DNA of 64,000 nucleotides from Thermoguttaceae bacterium (lineage in GTDB: Bacteria > Planctomycetota > Planctomycetia > Pirellulales > Thermoguttaceae). The position numbers were made by a program, and so were the translations under genes. The notes under the pieces were generated by a model. It searched no databases. It was given only the letters and a program-made list of their open reading frames with translations, and had not been told where the DNA came from. Below are positions 53,833 to 61,883 of the stretch, in pieces; the stretch's first letter is position 1, and each line of letters begins with the position of its first letter. The stretch spans positions 25,674-89,673 of the forward strand of contig JAFRXD010000002.1 in the NCBI GenBank assembly GCA_017441605.1, written 5' to 3'.

Positions 53833-54046
53833 GCGCGTCGGGGAAGTCTCGAACAACGAGTCCCGATTTGACGCCGCGAAGTTGGGCGATGGGAAGCGTC
53901 GTCATTAGAGAACGCCAACCCGTCGCGGAACGCGAGCCTTTTCGAATCCGGTTAAAATTGGTCGTCACCCAAATGATAGCGGTACGCAAGCAACATCCGC
54001 GTCGTTGGATTCGTAAAGGTCGCTTTTCCGCGACGGGTATTTTTTT
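53833..54046 (+). ncRNA. Candidate structured small RNA or cis-regulatory leader (unclassified)
   Basis: Downstream of the orphan promoter there is a 5' hairpin (about 53833-53877). A long irregular helix follows, closed by the perfect 13-bp pairing 53918-53930/54026-54038 with a nested 7-bp pairing 53943-53949/54007-54013. It is followed immediately by A+T7 (54039-54046). I recognised no Rfam-like motif. Confidence 0.35.
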
Positions 54047-54254
54047 GCCCTAGCGTCTCTCCGTCGAGCGTTGGCGAAGGTTATTCTTTTTCTCCTTTTC
54101 TATCAAGGGAGTTTTTGTTTTTCTCGACGCTTCGAATCGCGCGATTCCTCAATTTGGAAAACGCGCGCCCTTTTTTACCAGCCGACGATTTACCGCAACT
54201 TTCGGTCGAATCGTCCGGCTTTTTCCGAGTCGATATTGCGAAAGCGGATTAGAT

Positions 54255-55883
54255 ATGAGTCAAGAGAAAAACGAGAGAACTTCGAGTTCGCCCAAACCGG
54301 ATTTTTCGCCGGAAGTAATGGAGCGGCTTTTCTATTGGGCGCGAGACCGCGTTTTTGGTATCGTTTCGAAAACTCCCTCGCCCGAGGTTTCCGAATTGGG
54401 CGATATTGGGAAGACCTCCGTGTTGGGAGCTTTTGTTAGCTTTAAAAAGCGCGGTCGCCTTCGCTCGTGCATGGGATATATGAGCGAGGGAGTCGCCTTG
54501 GGACTCGCGCTCGGTTCCGCGGCTCGCTCCGCGACGCTCGACGACCCGCGTTTTCCTCCCATTTCCGGGGACGAATTGTACGATCTCGATCTTGAAGTTT
54601 GGGCGCTCGGGGCGATGCGCGAAATGGAAGAGCGCGGCGAATCGCGACTTGGCGCGGTCAACGTTGGTCGAGACGGACTTCAAATCCAAGGACGAGGTCG
54701 GAGAGGACTATTGTTGCCGAGCGTTCCGATCGAGATGAATTGGGACGCGAAGCGATTTCTAGACGGTCTCTGCGACAAAGCGGGACTTCCGCGAGGGGCT
54801 TGGAAGGACGACGACGTTAAGCTCTTTGTTTTCGAGGGGGTTTCTTTCAAGAAACCGTTCGTTTGGAACGTATCTAAAAATCCGTCGCTGGCGAAATTCA
54901 TTTCGGAAAACGCGCGGGGGGAGGGAACAAGTTCCGAAAGGTGGGGTGGCGGCGCGGCCAATCGTCCTTCGTTCTCTATAGCGCCCGAATTATTTCGTTG
55001 GTCCGTTCCTTCCCTCGCGCCTCGCGCTGGTGCCGAGATAGACGACTCTCGGCGGACGCGTCGCCCCGCGGTCGCGGGGGCGTTTTATCCCGCGAGCGCA
55101 AGGGAACAGAACGCGATGCTGGAGCGATTTGACTTAGAGAATCGCGTTGGCGATCTCGCAAAGAGTCGCGTTTCCGGGGCGATGGTACCGCACGCCGGTT
55201 GGATTTATTCCGGACGTTTGGCGGCCAAGACATTAGCGAGTATCGAACCACCGGAGACAGTCTTTGTTTTCGCCCCCAAGCATCGACGAGAGGGGGCGAA
55301 TTTTGCGGTAATGCCTTACGGAAGCTGGGATTTCGGCGCGGGGCGGATAGAGAGCGACTCGTCTTTGATCGAGGAGTTTGTTCGAGCGGTTCCGTCTTTT
55401 CATAAGGACGCGACCGCGCATCGTTCGGAGCACTCGATCGAAGTGACGCTGCCGATGTTGGCTCGTTATTTTCCCGGGGTAAAAGTTGTCGGAGCGCTAA
55501 TCGGAGCTTCCTCGAAGAGGGAATTGGCGACTCTTTCCGACCAGTTCGCGGCTTTTTTGCTAGAGCGAAGGGAACGCGGACTCAAAGATCCGCTCCTTCT
55601 CGTATCGAGCGATATGAACCACTACGCGTCGGAGGCGACGACGAGAATCGTCGATAAAATGGCGCTCGACGCATTGGAGACGACAAATCCCGAGGAACTT
55701 TACGACGTCGTAAGGCGCGAGGGGATAACGATGTGCGGAGTTTTGCCCGCTTTTTTCGTTTTGTCGACTCTTAAGAAACTGGGCGAGTTTAATCGAGCGA
55801 CGCAAATCGGTCGCGCGACGAGCGGAGAGAGTTCGGGAGATTACGATCGAGTTGTCGGTTACGCCGGATACGTTTTTAATTAG
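54255..55883 (+). CDS. AMMECR1 domain - MEMO1-like (AmmeMemoRadiSam protein A-B) fusion protein
   Basis: 542 aa. N-terminal half carries GAFVSFKKRGRLRSCMGY (AMMECR1 signature) and DPRFPPI. C-terminal half carries RRPAVAGAFYPAS...GAMVPHAGWIYSGRLAA...SSDMNHY (Memo / extradiol-dioxygenase class III-like). Confidence 0.8.
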   Translation: MSQEKNERTSSSPKPDFSPEVMERLFYWARDRVFGIVSKTPSPEVSELGDIGKTSVLGAFVSFKKRGRLRSCMGYMSEGVALGLALGSAARSATLDDPRFPPISGDELYDLDLEVWALGAMREMEERGESRLGAVNVGRDGLQIQGRGRRGLLLPSVPIEMNWDAKRFLDGLCDKAGLPRGAWKDDDVKLFVFEGVSFKKPFVWNVSKNPSLAKFISENARGEGTSSERWGGGAANRPSFSIAPELFRWSVPSLAPRAGAEIDDSRRTRRPAVAGAFYPASAREQNAMLERFDLENRVGDLAKSRVSGAMVPHAGWIYSGRLAAKTLASIEPPETVFVFAPKHRREGANFAVMPYGSWDFGAGRIESDSSLIEEFVRAVPSFHKDATAHRSEHSIEVTLPMLARYFPGVKVVGALIGASSKRELATLSDQFAAFLLERRERGLKDPLLLVSSDMNHYASEATTRIVDKMALDALETTNPEELYDVVRREGITMCGVLPAFFVLSTLKKLGEFNRATQIGRATSGESSGDYDRVVGYAGYVFN

Positions 55884-55902
55884 AGATAACAAAGGAGTCG
55901 CA

Positions 55903-57999
55903 ATGAATCGCGCGTTCATTCTACTATTCGCCATTTCGACGGCGGTTTGTCTTTCTTTACCGACGGCGAGTGGAGAGGAAGACGTCGAAATCGTCGTCGC
56001 GGGTTCAACGGTCGACGCGTCGCCGGAGGACGAGGTTTTATTTGACGCGAGAACTTCGGAATTTCTATCGAAAGAGTGGCTCGCCGATTTTTCGACCCCG
56101 CCTCGAGCCTTTCGTCCATTGCAGATCGTTCACGGACGCGATTTAACGGATCCTAAATTAGTCGAATATTTTCGGGATCAATGCGGACTTGGAGGGTTGG
56201 TCGTTAACGTCGGGGGCGCCGAGTACGTTCGCTCGCAAGAGAATTGGGATCGGTTTTGTCAAGGCGTTAAAAATTTGAAAGAGCTTGGAATGCGCGTCTG
56301 GATCTACGACGAGGACGGTTATCCCAGTTTGAGCGCGGGAGGCGTCGTATTGGAAGGACGTCCCGAGCTGGGCGCTTTGGAGTTGGCTTACGATCCGGAA
56401 CACAATCCGCCATATTACGTTCGCGACTGTTACGAGTTTACGCATTCGTGCAACAACGTTTTCAAGGCGCGGCGGTATCCCAATCCGTTGAATCCCGCCG
56501 CGACGGAACGTTTTATCGACGTAACGCATCGCCGTTATCGAAGCGAACTCGGGGATTTGTACAAGGATGCGGAAGCGTTTTTTACCGACGAGCCCGCGAT
56601 GATGGCGGCGAACTTGGGAATTATTCAAGAAGACCATATACGCAACAACGTTCCGACGGTCGATCCTCAGGATCCGGATAAAAAATGTTTGCCCGTTGTT
56701 TCATGGTGCGACGACGTCGAAGAGCGCTATTTGGAAAAATACGGAGAAGAACTACGACCGAATTTCAAGTATCTCTTTGAAGGAGACTCGCAAGACGCGA
56801 AACGAGTAAGACGCCAGTTCTGGACGCTGTTGGGCGAGTTGAACCGAGAACGATACTACGGACGGATCCAAGAATTTTGTCGAGAGACGCCGAACGGTCC
56901 GGTCGCGTCGGGGCACACGCTGTACGAAGAAAACATCATTATGCACGTTCCCTTGGACGGGAATAAGATAGAAGCGCTAAAGAAGTTCGATCTTCCCGGT
57001 ATGGACATGTTGAACTCCGATCCGAACGCATATTTTTACGGCTGTTGGGAAGCGGCCGCGTTTCCGTGTTCCGCGGCGGAGTTTATTGGGAAGCGTCGCG
57101 TTATGACGGAAATCAGCGATTTTACTCAGTTGAACATCGGCGATCGCAAGCCCGCCTCGTTGGATTTGATGGAAGCGACCGCCGGTTGGCAGTCGGCGTT
57201 CGGGGCGACGGAGTTCGCGCTTTACTATTCGATCGTCGCGGGGGATAACCGAGACGAACGAACACACCGGAACTATTGTCGATTTGTTGGACGATTGAAC
57301 GCGGTTTTGCGCGACGCGGAGCCCGTCCGTCCAATTTTGCTCTACTATCCGATCGAGGAATTGCAATCGGAGTTTCGACCTTACGCCGGTCCATTGACCG
57401 ATCTTTCCAAACAGTCGGATCTTGCTCGTCAGATTTACAATTCTTTCAATACGATCGGCGCGGGTTTGTCTAGAATTCAGACTTCTTTTTGCGTCGTTGA
57501 TAGGGAAACGCTCCAGAGTTTGACAACCTCGCCGAAGGATCCGGAAGAAGCGTCGCGTTTGAAGGGGAAGTATTCGGGGATCATTTTTCCGAGCGGATCG
57601 GAAAAAATCTCGCGCGATTGGTCGAATCCCGACTTTCGCGAGTATTGGGTCGACGAGGGCGAGCCGTTGAATTCTTGGGAGGACGTCGCGAAAGCGCTTC
57701 GCGATTTTTCCGGACCGCGCCTGTCCCCCGAACCGAGTAGTCCGTATTTTGTCGAGGGGACGTTCAAAAGAGACAATCGATTGATTTTTGTCGTAACGAA
57801 CGTCGATCCCTCGGAATGGAAGGGCAATCTCAAGTTGACCGCAACGAACGCGTCGACTTCATTCAAATCCAACTCATGGACAATTCTCGATCCGAAAACG
57901 GGTTCCGTTCAATCGATTGAAGTCGAGGGGACTTCGATCCCGGCTCGAGTGGCGGCTCGCGGAACGCGGTTTTTCGTTTCGCCGGAGATGGAAGAGTAG
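55903..57999 (+). CDS. Secreted hypothetical protein (possible glycoside hydrolase-like)
   Basis: Signal peptide MNRAFILLFAISTAVCLSLPTASG. aaaggag SD before the ATG at 55903. No motif firmly recognised. Confidence 0.6.
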   Translation: MNRAFILLFAISTAVCLSLPTASGEEDVEIVVAGSTVDASPEDEVLFDARTSEFLSKEWLADFSTPPRAFRPLQIVHGRDLTDPKLVEYFRDQCGLGGLVVNVGGAEYVRSQENWDRFCQGVKNLKELGMRVWIYDEDGYPSLSAGGVVLEGRPELGALELAYDPEHNPPYYVRDCYEFTHSCNNVFKARRYPNPLNPAATERFIDVTHRRYRSELGDLYKDAEAFFTDEPAMMAANLGIIQEDHIRNNVPTVDPQDPDKKCLPVVSWCDDVEERYLEKYGEELRPNFKYLFEGDSQDAKRVRRQFWTLLGELNRERYYGRIQEFCRETPNGPVASGHTLYEENIIMHVPLDGNKIEALKKFDLPGMDMLNSDPNAYFYGCWEAAAFPCSAAEFIGKRRVMTEISDFTQLNIGDRKPASLDLMEATAGWQSAFGATEFALYYSIVAGDNRDERTHRNYCRFVGRLNAVLRDAEPVRPILLYYPIEELQSEFRPYAGPLTDLSKQSDLARQIYNSFNTIGAGLSRIQTSFCVVDRETLQSLTTSPKDPEEASRLKGKYSGIIFPSGSEKISRDWSNPDFREYWVDEGEPLNSWEDVAKALRDFSGPRLSPEPSSPYFVEGTFKRDNRLIFVVTNVDPSEWKGNLKLTATNASTSFKSNSWTILDPKTGSVQSIEVEGTSIPARVAARGTRFFVSPEMEE

Positions 58000-58035
58000 A
58001 GGGTTATTTTACGAGGCGTTGTTCGCGCGTCGCGA

Positions 58036-58063
58036 TTGACGACGCTCGAACGGAGCCTATACT
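58036..58063 (+). promoter_or_regulatory. Putative promoter of the GMP synthase C-terminal-half gene
   Basis: TTGACG, 16-nt spacer, TATACT. A perfect 14-bp hairpin (58069-58082/58101-58114) follows immediately, at the predicted 5' end. Confidence 0.5.
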
Positions 58064-58170
58064 ATAGCGGGAGCGGCTCGCGATATTTAGAGACGCGTTT
58101 CGCGAGCCGCTCCCAGCGACCTAGGTCGTCGATGAAAAGAGAAAAATTGATTAGAAGCGAGAAATCACCT

Positions 58171-59151
58171 ATGGCGAATAATGTTCGACCCGAATCGATG
58201 GAGCGGATAACGACTCCGGAATTAGCGAGCGCTTTTATCGAGGAGCAGCTCGCCGCGTTGCGAACTCAAATTGGCGATAAGAAAGTCATTTTGGCGCTTT
58301 CCGGGGGAGTCGATTCCTCGGTTGTCGCCGCCTTGTTAATTAAGGCGGTCGGCAAGCGCTGCGTTTGCGTTCACGTGAACCACGGGCTTTTGCGGAAGGG
58401 CGAGCCGGAGCAAGTGATCAAGGTCTTTCGCGACGAGATGGACGCGAACTTGATATACGTCGACGCGATCGAGCGCTTCTTAAAGAAACTCGAAGGGGTC
58501 TCCGATCCCGAGACAAAGCGCAAAATCATCGGCGCTGAGTTCATTCGAGTGTTCGAGGAAGAAGCCCGCAAACTCGACGGTGTCGATTTCCTCGCCCAAG
58601 GCACGATCTATCCGGACATACTTGAAAGCGGACCGGTCAAGGCGCATCACAACGTTGGCGGCCTTCCGGAAGACCTGCAATTCGAGTTGGTCGAACCTTT
58701 GAAGTTTCTTTTTAAAGACGAGGTTCGCGTCGTCGGCAAGGCGCTCGGACTTCCGGACGGAATGGTTTATCGCCAGCCTTTCCCGGGTCCGGGACTTGGC
58801 GTGCGCTGCCTCGGCGCGATCACTCGCGATCGGTTGGAAGCGGTTCGAGAATCGGACGCTATTCTCCGAGAGGAATTCGCGAACAATGGACTCGAGGGTA
58901 AGGTATGGCAGTACTTTACCGTAGTTCCCGACTTCAAGTCGACGGGCGTGCGAGACGGGGTTCGTAGTTTCGATTGGCCGGTGATTATCCGCGCGGTCAA
59001 TACTCGCGACGCGATGACGGCGACGGTCGAAGACGTTCCTTTCTCGCTTTTGCAGAAAATCACGGCTCGGATCGTGACCGAGGTTTCCGGAGTCAATCGG
59101 GTTTTGTACGACCTTACCCCAAAACCCACCGGGACGATCGAGTGGGAATGA
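58171..59151 (+). CDS. guaA: GMP synthase, ATP pyrophosphatase + dimerisation domains only (GuaA subunit B-like; no glutamine amidotransferase domain)
   Basis: 326 aa from the ATG at 58171. [12 protein letters not shown]-loop, [51 protein letters not shown]-terminal KPTGTIEWE. Colinear with residues ~200-525 of bacterial GuaA. The upstream in-frame sequence is not GATase-like. Confidence 0.88.
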   Translation: MANNVRPESMERITTPELASAFIEEQLAALRTQIGDKKVILALSGGVDSSVVAALLIKAVGKRCVCVHVNHGLLRKGEPEQVIKVFRDEMDANLIYVDAIERFLKKLEGVSDPETKRKIIGAEFIRVFEEEARKLDGVDFLAQGTIYPDILESGPVKAHHNVGGLPEDLQFELVEPLKFLFKDEVRVVGKALGLPDGMVYRQPFPGPGLGVRCLGAITRDRLEAVRESDAILREEFANNGLEGKVWQYFTVVPDFKSTGVRDGVRSFDWPVIIRAVNTRDAMTATVEDVPFSLLQKITARIVTEVSGVNRVLYDLTPKPTGTIEWE

Positions 59152-59215
59152 GCGTCGAGAGAAGGGATCGAATAGCGGTCGACTTTTTCAAAGCCTTTTG
59201 ATCAGAAAAAGCCCC

Positions 59216-59243
59216 TTGTCAAAACTTGAAAAGGGGCTAGACT
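59216..59243 (+). promoter_or_regulatory. Promoter of ssrA (tmRNA)
   Basis: TTGTCA, 16-nt spacer, TAGACT, 18 nt upstream of the mature 5' end. Confidence 0.55.
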
Positions 59244-59261
59244 AACGTTGTTTTGCAAACC

Positions 59262-59622
59262 GGGGGCGAACTGGGTTCGACCGGGCGAGCGAAGCGCGGA
59301 TTGCGCGCCGAGGTTGATCGGTGGGCCTCGTTAAAAGCCGATTATAAATTTCAATTGCCAATAACCAAATGGCTATGGCCGCCTAAGAACAGGCGTCCCC
59401 GAATTTGATCTCTAGCCGAAGGGGTGAAAAATTTGGTCGCTAAATTCGGATCGTTTCGCGCCGCGTCGAACACGCGCGAGATTAAATTTTGCTTTCGAAT
59501 CGTTCTTGCGAAACCGTCGTCGATAAGGGTTCAAAGGAATTAAAACAATAAAGAATCGACTATGCGCGTAGACGTCCTCGTAGAGACGTCGCGGGACGCG
59601 GGTTCAATTCCCGCCGCCTCCA
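59262..59622 (+). ncRNA. ssrA: tmRNA (SsrA); CCA not encoded
   Basis: 5' GGGGGCGAACTGGGTTCGAC. 3' tRNA-like end GGACGCGGGTTCAATTCCCGCCGCCTCCA, with a G3:U70 pair in the acceptor stem. Tag reading frame GCC AAT AAC CAA ATG GCT ATG GCC GCC TAA (59357-59386) encodes ANNQMAMAA. Confidence 0.92.
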
Positions 59623-59632
59623 CTCCCTGTTT

Positions 59633-59661
59633 AAAAACTCGCGTTCGTCGCGAGTTTTTTT
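59633..59661 (+). terminator. Terminator after ssrA
   Basis: Stem actcgcg/cgcgagt, 5-nt loop, T7. Confidence 0.8.
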
Positions 59662-59700
59662 ATTTCCAAACCGTTCGACCGCGCTTTTGGACGGACGCCG

Positions 59701-60615
59701 ATGAAAAAAATAGCTCGAAACGTCCTCGATTACGCCGTTTATCTTATCGTTCGAATCGCGGTTTGCTTCGTTCAGTCGTTGTCGCTGGAGGCCTGCCGCG
59801 CCGGTTCGAACTTTTTGGCGTTTCTCTTCAACGACGCGCTTCGCGCTCGCGGCAGGTTGGTCGACGCGAATTTACAACGCGCTTTTCCCAACGCGACTCG
59901 GAGAGAGCGCCTTAAGATTTCCCGCGGGATGTGGGCGCATCTTTTCTTAATGGTCGCCGAAGTGGCTCGGGCGCCGCGGCAGACGACCGGATTAAATTGG
60001 TGGCGCCATATCCGAATTGAAAACGGTCGCGAGATGTTTCGAGCGCTCCAGTCGGATCGACCTCTGATTTTGATAACCGCTCACTTTGGCAATTTTGAAA
60101 TGGGAGGATATATTCTCGGACTTCTCGGTTATCCGACGTTTTCGGTCGCTCGTAAACTTGACAATCCCTATTTGAACGACTTTATAGGCGGTTTTCGAGG
60201 GCAAACCGGTCAGTATATTATCGACAAGAACGAAGGCTACGAGGACATATTGACGGTATTGTCGAACAAGGGAGTCATGGCGTTTCTTTCGGACCAAGCG
60301 GCCGGAAAGAAGGGGGTATGGGCGACATTTTTTGGTTCGCCCGCCTCGACGCACAAAGCAATGGCGCTTCTCAGCGCGCAGTACGACGCGCCAATGTTTA
60401 TTTGTTACGCGACGCGAACCGACGATCGTCCCAATCATTTTACAATGCGGATGGTCGATTATTTGGATCCTCGTTCCGCGCCTAGCGAACTGACGACGAT
60501 TCAACAGATAACGCAGTGGCACGTTTCTCGACTCGAGGAACAAATTCGATTGGCGCCGAACCAGTACTGGTGGTTGCACAATCGTTGGAAGACCTACGGT
60601 CGCGTCTTTAAATAA
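59701..60615 (+). CDS. Lysophospholipid/lipid A biosynthesis acyltransferase family protein (LpxL/HtrB-like)
   Basis: 304 aa with an N-terminal TM helix. ITAHFGNFEMGG (H-x4-E/D acyltransferase motif). Layout is typical of lauroyl/myristoyl acyltransferases. Confidence 0.8.
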   Translation: MKKIARNVLDYAVYLIVRIAVCFVQSLSLEACRAGSNFLAFLFNDALRARGRLVDANLQRAFPNATRRERLKISRGMWAHLFLMVAEVARAPRQTTGLNWWRHIRIENGREMFRALQSDRPLILITAHFGNFEMGGYILGLLGYPTFSVARKLDNPYLNDFIGGFRGQTGQYIIDKNEGYEDILTVLSNKGVMAFLSDQAAGKKGVWATFFGSPASTHKAMALLSAQYDAPMFICYATRTDDRPNHFTMRMVDYLDPRSAPSELTTIQQITQWHVSRLEEQIRLAPNQYWWLHNRWKTYGRVFK

Positions 60616-60681
60616 ACGGCGTTGCCAAGGGGACTCGCGACTGGCGGTCGAGCGTTTTTTAAAAAAAAATAAAAACGCCTC

Positions 60682-60709
60682 TTGTCAAAATTCGCCGCGG
60701 TGTTATGAT
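60682..60709 (+). promoter_or_regulatory. Promoter of tRNA-Asn
   Basis: TTGTCA, 16-nt spacer, TATGAT (preceded by TGT). The surrounding context CTCTTGTCAAAA is nearly identical to the ssrA promoter context. Confidence 0.55.
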
Positions 60710-60742
60710 CTAGCGCGTCGACGGCGACCAGCCGACGGCGGA

Positions 60743-60815
60743 GCCTCAATAGCTCAGTTGGTAGAGCGTCGGACTGTTAATCCGCAGGTCCAAGGTTCGA
60801 GCCCTTGTTGAGGCG
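60743..60815 (+). tRNA. tRNA-Asn (anticodon GTT); CCA not encoded
   Basis: GCCTCAA-TA-GCTC-AGTTGGTA-GAGC-G-TCGGA-CTGTTAA-TCCGC-AGGTC-CAAGG-TTCGAGC-CCTTG-TTGAGGC-G. Confidence 0.92.
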
Positions 60816-60827
60816 CTTTTCTTTTCG

Positions 60828-60856
60828 AAGACTCTGCTATGCAGAGTCTTTTTTGT
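60828..60856 (+). terminator. Terminator after tRNA-Asn
   Basis: 10-bp stem aagactctgc/gcagagtctt, loop tat, T-run. Confidence 0.8.
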
Positions 60857-60897
60857 TTCTTGGTTTTTCTTTCTTTTTCCCTAAATCAAGGTTTCCA

Positions 60898-61875
60898 ATG
60901 AAGCGCCTCTTCCCGCGTCAAACTCGGAAAATTTACGTCGGTTTCTTTTTGGCGTTACTTTGCGCTTTCTTCATTGGGTCGCTTTTTTCCGGACGCTCAA
61001 AAAACGAGCCGGTCGAATCTCCCGATACTCCGCGGAAGTCCCTTCGCATCGTGTCGACTGCGCCGAGCATAACGGAGACGCTCTTTGCGGTCGGATTAGG
61101 GGATTGCGTCGCAGCCGTTTCGGATTATTGCAAGTACCCCGAATCGGTAAGCGAGTTGCCCAAGATCGGGAGCTTGTACGACTATAACGTCGAGGCGATC
61201 GCGGAATTAGCGCCCGATTTTGTCGTTGTCCTGAAGGAAAACGAGGTTTTGCCGCCTAAACTGGCGTCGTTGGGGATAGAGACGTTTTCGGTTGACCACG
61301 CTTCTTTGGAAGGGGTTTTAGAGTCTTTTGAGAGTTTAACGAATCGCGCGAAAGAGAAGCGTCCCGACGCGCCCGAACGAGGAGCGGCTTTGCGTCGAGA
61401 AATGGAAACGCGAATAGAGAAGGTTCGTTCCAACGCGTCAAAATATCCTAAAACGAAATCCTTGGTAGCGATCTATCGTCAGGTTGGCCGAGGGGTTGTC
61501 GGCGAAGCCCACATCGCGGGACGCAACCCGTACTTTAATTCCGTCTTAGAGATAGCCGGAGGGGAGAACGTCGCCGAGAATTTGACGGGCGTCGCGCCAA
61601 TTGTTTCGGCGGAGGGGATTGTTGAGCTCAATCCCGAGGTCGTTTTGGATCTTTCAACGGACGGAGTCAATTACGAAGGGGAGGAACTGCGCCGCAAAAC
61701 GGAGGAACGCGTCCGCGATTGGCAATCTCTCGGGGACGCGGTCGACGCGGTAAGGAACAAACGGGTTTATCCGATTTTTGACGATTTCGCGACCGTTCCG
61801 GGACCGAGAAGCGTTCTTTTTTTAGAAAAGCTCGCGGGGCTTTTACACCCAGAACTGTCGCGAACGGACGATTAA
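60898..61875 (+). CDS. ABC transporter periplasmic binding protein (BtuF/FhuD-like, iron-siderophore/cobalamin/heme class)
   Basis: N-terminal TM/signal sequence, then RIVSTAPSITETLFAVGLGDCVAAVSDYCKYP, typical of cluster A-2 binding proteins. ATG at 60898. Confidence 0.75.
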   Translation: MKRLFPRQTRKIYVGFFLALLCAFFIGSLFSGRSKNEPVESPDTPRKSLRIVSTAPSITETLFAVGLGDCVAAVSDYCKYPESVSELPKIGSLYDYNVEAIAELAPDFVVVLKENEVLPPKLASLGIETFSVDHASLEGVLESFESLTNRAKEKRPDAPERGAALRREMETRIEKVRSNASKYPKTKSLVAIYRQVGRGVVGEAHIAGRNPYFNSVLEIAGGENVAENLTGVAPIVSAEGIVELNPEVVLDLSTDGVNYEGEELRRKTEERVRDWQSLGDAVDAVRNKRVYPIFDDFATVPGPRSVLFLEKLAGLLHPELSRTDD

Positions 61876-61883
61876 TCCCTTGC

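Noticed and set aside
53833-54046. Assignment of the structured RNA to 6S, SRP (4.5S) or RNase P RNA
   Set aside because: The 5' and 3' ends do not pair with each other, unlike 6S. There is no GGAAGCAGC-type SRP domain IV motif and no GAGGAAAGTCC / ACAGAACCCGGCTTA P4 elements. It is left unclassified.
53762-54053. Small ORFs in the rplY/AMMECR1 gap (75 aa minus strand; 61 aa plus strand)
   Set aside because: Both are Arg-rich and lack an SD. The plus-strand ORF reads straight through the 13-bp helix and T7 tract. The minus-strand ORF is antisense to the promoter and the structured region. Coding cannot be fully excluded without comparative data.
59562-59915. 117-aa ORF overlapping the 3' end of tmRNA and the start of the acyltransferase gene
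   Set aside because: It covers the tRNA-like domain of ssrA and its terminator. The downstream acyltransferase has its own ATG at 59701 in a different frame.
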